Shown piece by piece: positions 58,601 to 63,902 of a DNA stretch of 63,902 bases. The notes under the pieces were generated by a model that did not search any database, was not told the DNA's origin, and saw only the letters and a list, made by a program, of their open reading frames with translations. The stretch is from Eledone cirrhosa (taxonomy: Eukaryota), in the NCBI GenBank assembly GCA_964016885.1, contig OZ024750.1, forward strand, positions 30,690,099-30,754,000. The letters run 5' to 3'. Position 1 is the stretch's first letter. The number at the start of each line of letters is the position of its first letter. The position numbers and the translations under genes were made by a program.

Positions 58601-59315
58601 ATATCGATGACATTCTAGTATCAACAACTGGGTTTGTATATCATTGGACTCTCTCTTCCCATAAAAAAAAACTAATAAGATAATTCTTATTTAATAAATA
58701 TATTTAGAGGGATTTAACCCCTTACCCTAGAGGCAGAGGCATAACTAGAGTATGGCGAGGATGGCACGTGCCATAGGCGTCACTTGGACTAGGAACACAT
58801 TCTATTAAAGTCAAATAAGTCTCGTTGGAGAGTTAAGAAAAGAAACTCGTTCAGATATATGATTTGTCTCTGATTATCATGGGTTAAAACACTATCGTGG
58901 CTGGATCATTTAACCATTCCTATAAATTATTAGGCCGATAGATTAAAATAGAGTGCTGGGCAGGGGCACAATTTTAATGCTTGCCATAGGTGCTATTTTC
59001 CTTAGTTATGGGGTTTCATATTCCAGCATAGCAAGATATTTTTAAATAGATATAAAAATATGATTTAAACTACAATAATTTGACAGAACAAAGGTTGAAG
59101 ATTAAGAATGAAAATCGGTTTTTATTCAGAAATTACAATTTTAAAGAATATTCTTGTTTAACTTTTCTTTTCCATATAGCTGGAAATAAAAAGAATAAAT
59201 TGTGATATGACAAAAATGAAATAATAAAATAGATGTGAATTAAATTAACTTTAATAATTTCTTTAAATGAGTGGATTTTATAGTTAATTAAATCTATATT
59301 CTTTCCTTAGTTTAA

Positions 59316-59562
59316 CCCTTTAGCATTTAAGCCGGCCATAACCAGCCAGAATTCTCTCCCCTCTTTCTGTTCGTACTGGCTGTAACCGGCCACTCATACT
59401 GATGTTAAGGTATTGTTCTGAAAATAAATAATATCAAAGTCTCATAGATTCGATATTATGTGAGATAATTATGTGAGATAATTATGTGAGATAATTATGT
59501 GAGATAAATCTTTTATCACGAAAATATAATAGTAAATATAAAGTAATGTAAATGCTAAAGGG
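59316..59562. mobile_element. piggyBac-type MITE
   Basis: 14-bp TIRs CCCTTTAGCATTTA/TAAATGCTAAAGGG with TTAA on both sides; internal 13-bp repeat x4. Confidence 0.88.
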
Positions 59563-59967
59563 TTAATGATCTTGATACATCTACAAAAATCTGTAGTGAA
59601 GGTTTTGGGATGAAATGTATTTTAAAGGATAACAAAGAAAGAGGGGTATTTTTTCTAGCTAAACTAAGTAACTTCATTACTTGCCTTAATTGAAATGAAT
59701 TATCATATATACTTGAATCTAAGACTATCTGGATATAAGCCAAACACTTATTTTATGTCTGAGAAATAGGTGAAACTCTAAACCTTGTTTATGAACCGAA
59801 GCAGTGAATCAACACATTATTTACGTGGTGCATATAAGCCAACCTTCCATTTTCCTATTGATGTTTTGGTGACATATTCCTTAGCTTATATTTGAGTAAA
59901 TACAGTAATTAACAGATAAAAAGAAATACATATGTCTATTCATGATGATATTTAATAATAACAATAA

Positions 59968-60179
59968 TGTTTTCTGAATTAGGTACAAGACTAAATATTT
60001 GGGGAGCGGGAAAGTTGATTAAATTGACCCCAGTGCATTGCTGGGGTTTTATTTTATCAATCCCATAAGGATAAAAGGCAAAGTTAACCTCGGAGTGATT
60101 TGAACTCAGAACGTAAAGAGCCATAACTATGCTGGAAAGCATGGCGTCCGACTCTCTACCGATACTGCCAACTCATCAC

Positions 60180-60222
<43 letters not shown>

Positions 60223-60400
60223 TGTTTCTATTTTTGGCACAAGGCCAGCAAATACCCAGTGTATTACTGGTACTTTATTTTATCGACCCCGTAAGGATGA
60301 AAGGCAAAGTTAACCTCGGCGGGATTTGAACTCAGAATGGCAAGGGCCGTAACTCTATGCATCAAAAGATGGTGTCCGACCCTCTACCGATACTGCCAAA
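59968..60400 (-). mobile_element. Two tandem S1 SINEs separated by (AAT)n
   Basis: S1 core twice. Confidence 0.82.
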
Positions 60401-60980
60401 TAATAATAATAACAATAATAGACAGCTTAAATAAGGTGTCCATTGATAATTATAACAGCTTGTATAATTATATAAAATTATACTGAATATATACAATATA
60501 TTTGAAATATATGTTATTTAAATTACTATATTTTCTGGCCTATCAGATGCCCCTTCGTATAAGACATTCCCTATTTTTACAAGGTCACTTTGAGACAAAA
60601 AGAATTTTCATACATTTCTTTATAAATTTATTAAAACATTATTTCATTGTTTTCTCAGAAACTCTTATATAAGTTCGACATCATTTTGCTAATATAAATT
60701 GTATTGTATTACTGTATTAGTAATACTAATAGTAATACTAACTAAATTTTTTTTAACCATGATTATCCTCACCTTCAGTTGCCCTCCCATTGATGATAGT
60801 AGAGTATTGGACACAAGGAAGATCTTTTTTATGTTTTGTTTTAAACAAATGCATCCAATAGGCCAATTAATATGAAAATTAATTAGGTACTTAATTATTT
60901 TAATCTATTTTAATCAAATAATAAGTTGGACCACTATTTTGTAAAGATATCTGACGTCTACTTTAGAGACAACAATAAGT

Positions 60981-61193
60981 TCATCATCATCATCATCATC
61001 ATCATCGTTTAACGTCCATCTTCCACGCTTGCATGGGTTTGGACGGGAATTTTCCCACTTGAGGCAAGATTGGCTGACTTGCTCATATAGGACTGTCTGT
61101 GCGAGCAAGTCAACCAATCTTGCCTCAAGTGGGAAAATTCTCGTCCAAACCCATGCGAGCGTGGAAGATGGACGTTAAACAATGATGGTGATG
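60981..61193. repeat. Palindrome of two RTE-type 3' tails
   Basis: ~90-bp arms (~60995-61084, 61103-61193), each ending GGACGTTAAAC + (GAT)n-like tail. Confidence 0.85.
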
Positions 61194-61409
61194 TTAAGCT
61201 GATTATGTAATCAATATATTTGACTTCTTGTCTTCTTTCACAGTGTCATTGTTTATTGAGGTTTCACTTCACGTTACTAAACACACACATTACAAATACT
61301 AAGAAACACAATCTCTTTGTAACAACTTTACTTTAAAGACTAGTAACAAAACTATTTCAGTTGCTAACAAAATTAAATTGCTATTCACATGATATTTTTA
61401 GATATGTAT

Positions 61410-62465
61410 TTGTCAAAAAGCATTTGGCGGCATGCACAGGGAGTTGTTGTGGAACATTGTCCCCTTGTATGGCATTCTACAGAGTTTCATCACCATCTTC
61501 AAAGGCCTGTACACCAACTCGAGCTGTTGCGTGAGAACCAAATCCAGTACAATGGAGTTCTTTGACATCATCTCCGAGGTCAGACAAGGTTGCATCCTCT
61601 CACCCATGTTGTTCCTGCTGGCAGCAGATTTAGTATTGAAACAGACTGCTGACAGCGCCAATCAGGGGATCTTGTGGACAGGGAAATCAAGGCTGAAAGA
61701 CCTGAATTTTGCTGGCAACATTGCTTTGTTAGCCGAGGATAGTATGAACCTGCAAGAGTTAACAACCTCCCTGCAGCTGAACACCAAGAAGATCGGGTTA
61801 TGAATCAACACCCAAATGACCAAGGTTATGAAGGCGGTAAGTAACCCTGGCCAGGCGGCTGCAGTTAAGATGAATCAACAGGATCTGGACGAGGTCGACC
61901 CCTTCATGTACCTTGGCAGTATCCTGAACAACAGTGGTGACATTGAGCTGGATATCAACTGCAGGATTGGAAAGGCAGCCATGGTGTTGCAATGGATGCA
62001 CGTGATCTGGTGAAACGCAATCATCAGCACATACATCAAGCTGCACTATGCACCAGCATTGTGCTTCCCACAATCATCTACAGCTGTGTATGGAAACATG
62101 GAAATGCACTGTCAAAACACTTTCCATCAAATGTGCCTGCATAAGATTCTAAAGGTCACCTGGTGAGATCAGGTTAGCAGTGAAGAGATCCTGCACTGCA
62201 CAGAGCAGGGTCATGTACACTGCAGGAGATCATCATGGAGTATTGGTTCCATTTTGTGGGTCACATTCTGCATCTCCCAGAACATCACCCTCTAAAACGG
62301 TGATGATGTGGACTCCCCCGAAGGCATGCAGAAAAGAGGCCGACTGAAGATGACCTGGCAGTGGACATTCCAAAGCAACCTACAAACCATCAACATCACC
62401 TGGAACTGATGTCAACATGCAGCTGTTGACTGGCAGCATATGAGATGATGGAACAAGCTGGACTA
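61410..62465 (+). pseudogene. Decayed RTE-like RT and C-terminus
   Basis: VRQGCILSPMLF, DLNFAGNIALL, FMYLGS, RIGKA with stops. Confidence 0.8.
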
Positions 62466-62729
62466 AAAGCCAATTTATGAGCTAATGTATGTATGTATGG
62501 ACCCGTATCACCTCAGGTTGTAATGGGGGTACTATAATGATATAAAGTGTTTCTAGGGAATTTTAAAACCTAGCAGAAACCATCTATTCTCCAGGCTATA
62601 ATAAAGTGTGCCCAGTAAATGCTGTAAAATGGCTTGCATTAGGAAGGACATCCAGACCTAGAAACCAAACCAAAAATAGAATGTATGAGCAAGATTTGGT
62701 CATTTGCCTGGTCTAGCCTGAGAATGTGA

Positions 62730-63660
62730 CAACAAGTTAAATTGCTAGTCACATAGTAATGATATTTTTATATATAACAACAAAATAAATTGGTAGTCAC
62801 ATGCTACAATATTTATATATAATAACAAGTTAAATTGTTAGTCACATATGATATTTTTTTTTATATAACAACAAAATAAATTACTCGTCAACCCATGGAA
62901 AAGCAGATGAGTAAACAATGATAATGATATTTTTATATATAACAACAAGCTAAACTGCTAGTCACATGAGAAGAATATAGTATTTTTATATATATATCAA
63001 CAAAATAAATTGCTAGTCTCATGATATGATATTATTATATATAACAACAAGTTAAATTGGTAGTCAAATTATGATATTTATATATAACATCAAGCTAAAT
63101 TGCTAGTCACATTTAATGATATATATATATAACAACAAGCTAAACTGTTAGTCACATTACATAATATATATATAATATCAAGCTAAATTGCTAGTGATAT
63201 TATATGATATATGTATAACAACAAGCTAAATTGCTAGTCACATTATATGATATATATATATATATAACAACAAGCTAAATTGCTAGTCACATTATATAAT
63301 ATATATATAACAAGCTAAATTGCTAGTCACATTATATGATATATATATAACTGTTTCTACTTTAGGCACAAGGCCAGCAATTACCCAGTGCATTACTGGT
63401 ACTTTTATTTTATTGACCCCGTAAGGATGAAAGGCAAAGTCAACCTTGGCGGGATTTGAACTCAGATCGTAAAGGGACATAACTATGCTGGAAAGCATGG
63501 CGTCCGACCCTCTACTGATACTGCCAATCCACATATAACAACAAGCTAAATTGCTAGTCACATTATATGATATATATATAACATCAAGCTAAATTGCTAG
63601 TCACGTTATATGATATATATATATAACAACAAGCTAAATTGCTAGTCACATGAGAATAAT
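62730..63660. repeat. Degenerate ~40-45-bp minisatellite interrupted by an S1 SINE (~63350-63532, minus strand)
   Basis: ATAACAACAAGCTAAATTGCTAGTCACAT recurring. Confidence 0.85.
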
Positions 63661-63748
63661 ATAATTATATATCTAAAACAACACTATTGATGTTATACAA
63701 ACAAATCTAAGGTAACATCCCACAAAATGTATTCATTGACATGTCACA

Positions 63749-63858
63749 TTATCAATCCCAGAAAGATAACAAACAAAGATGGCTTCAGCAGGATTTGAAT
63801 CGGTCATTTCAAATCCTGCTGATGCCATCTTTGTTTGTTATCTTTCTAGGATTGATAA
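63749..63858. repeat. 51-bp inverted repeat, 8-nt loop
   Basis: TTATCAATCC...GGATTTGAA / TTCAAATCC...GGATTGATAA, 2 mismatches. Confidence 0.85.
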
Positions 63859-63902
63859 AGTAGCAGTCTAAGGAAATAGACTGATAGAAGCCATCTTTGT
63901 TT

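Overview
AT-rich, repeat-dense animal genomic DNA. The SINE repertoire looks like octopus/cephalopod (recognised from memory, not searched). The first 28.6 kb is a giant (TA)n/(TACA) microsatellite domain. It hosts four APE-RT LINE insertions from two families: two near-full-length convergent copies, one with intact ORFs, plus two 5'-truncated copies. It also hosts three copies of a non-coding element carrying seven type I hammerhead ribozyme motifs. These are arranged as divergent inverted pairs plus one 555-nt direct tandem, resembling a Penelope pLTR or retrozyme. The main LINE has a Myb-like/polyQ/2xCCCH ORF1, and its ORF2 has no ATG ahead of the endonuclease; ORF2 overlaps ORF1 in the -1 frame with in-phase slippery heptamers (U UUU UUA, A AAA AAC). 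The remaining 35 kb holds one probable host ORF (468 aa) with an ETS-motif promoter, several minisatellites/satellites, many tRNA-derived SINEs, MITEs, a Helitron and decayed RTE, CRE and Penelope fragments. The YI-repeat ORFs are microsatellite artefacts.
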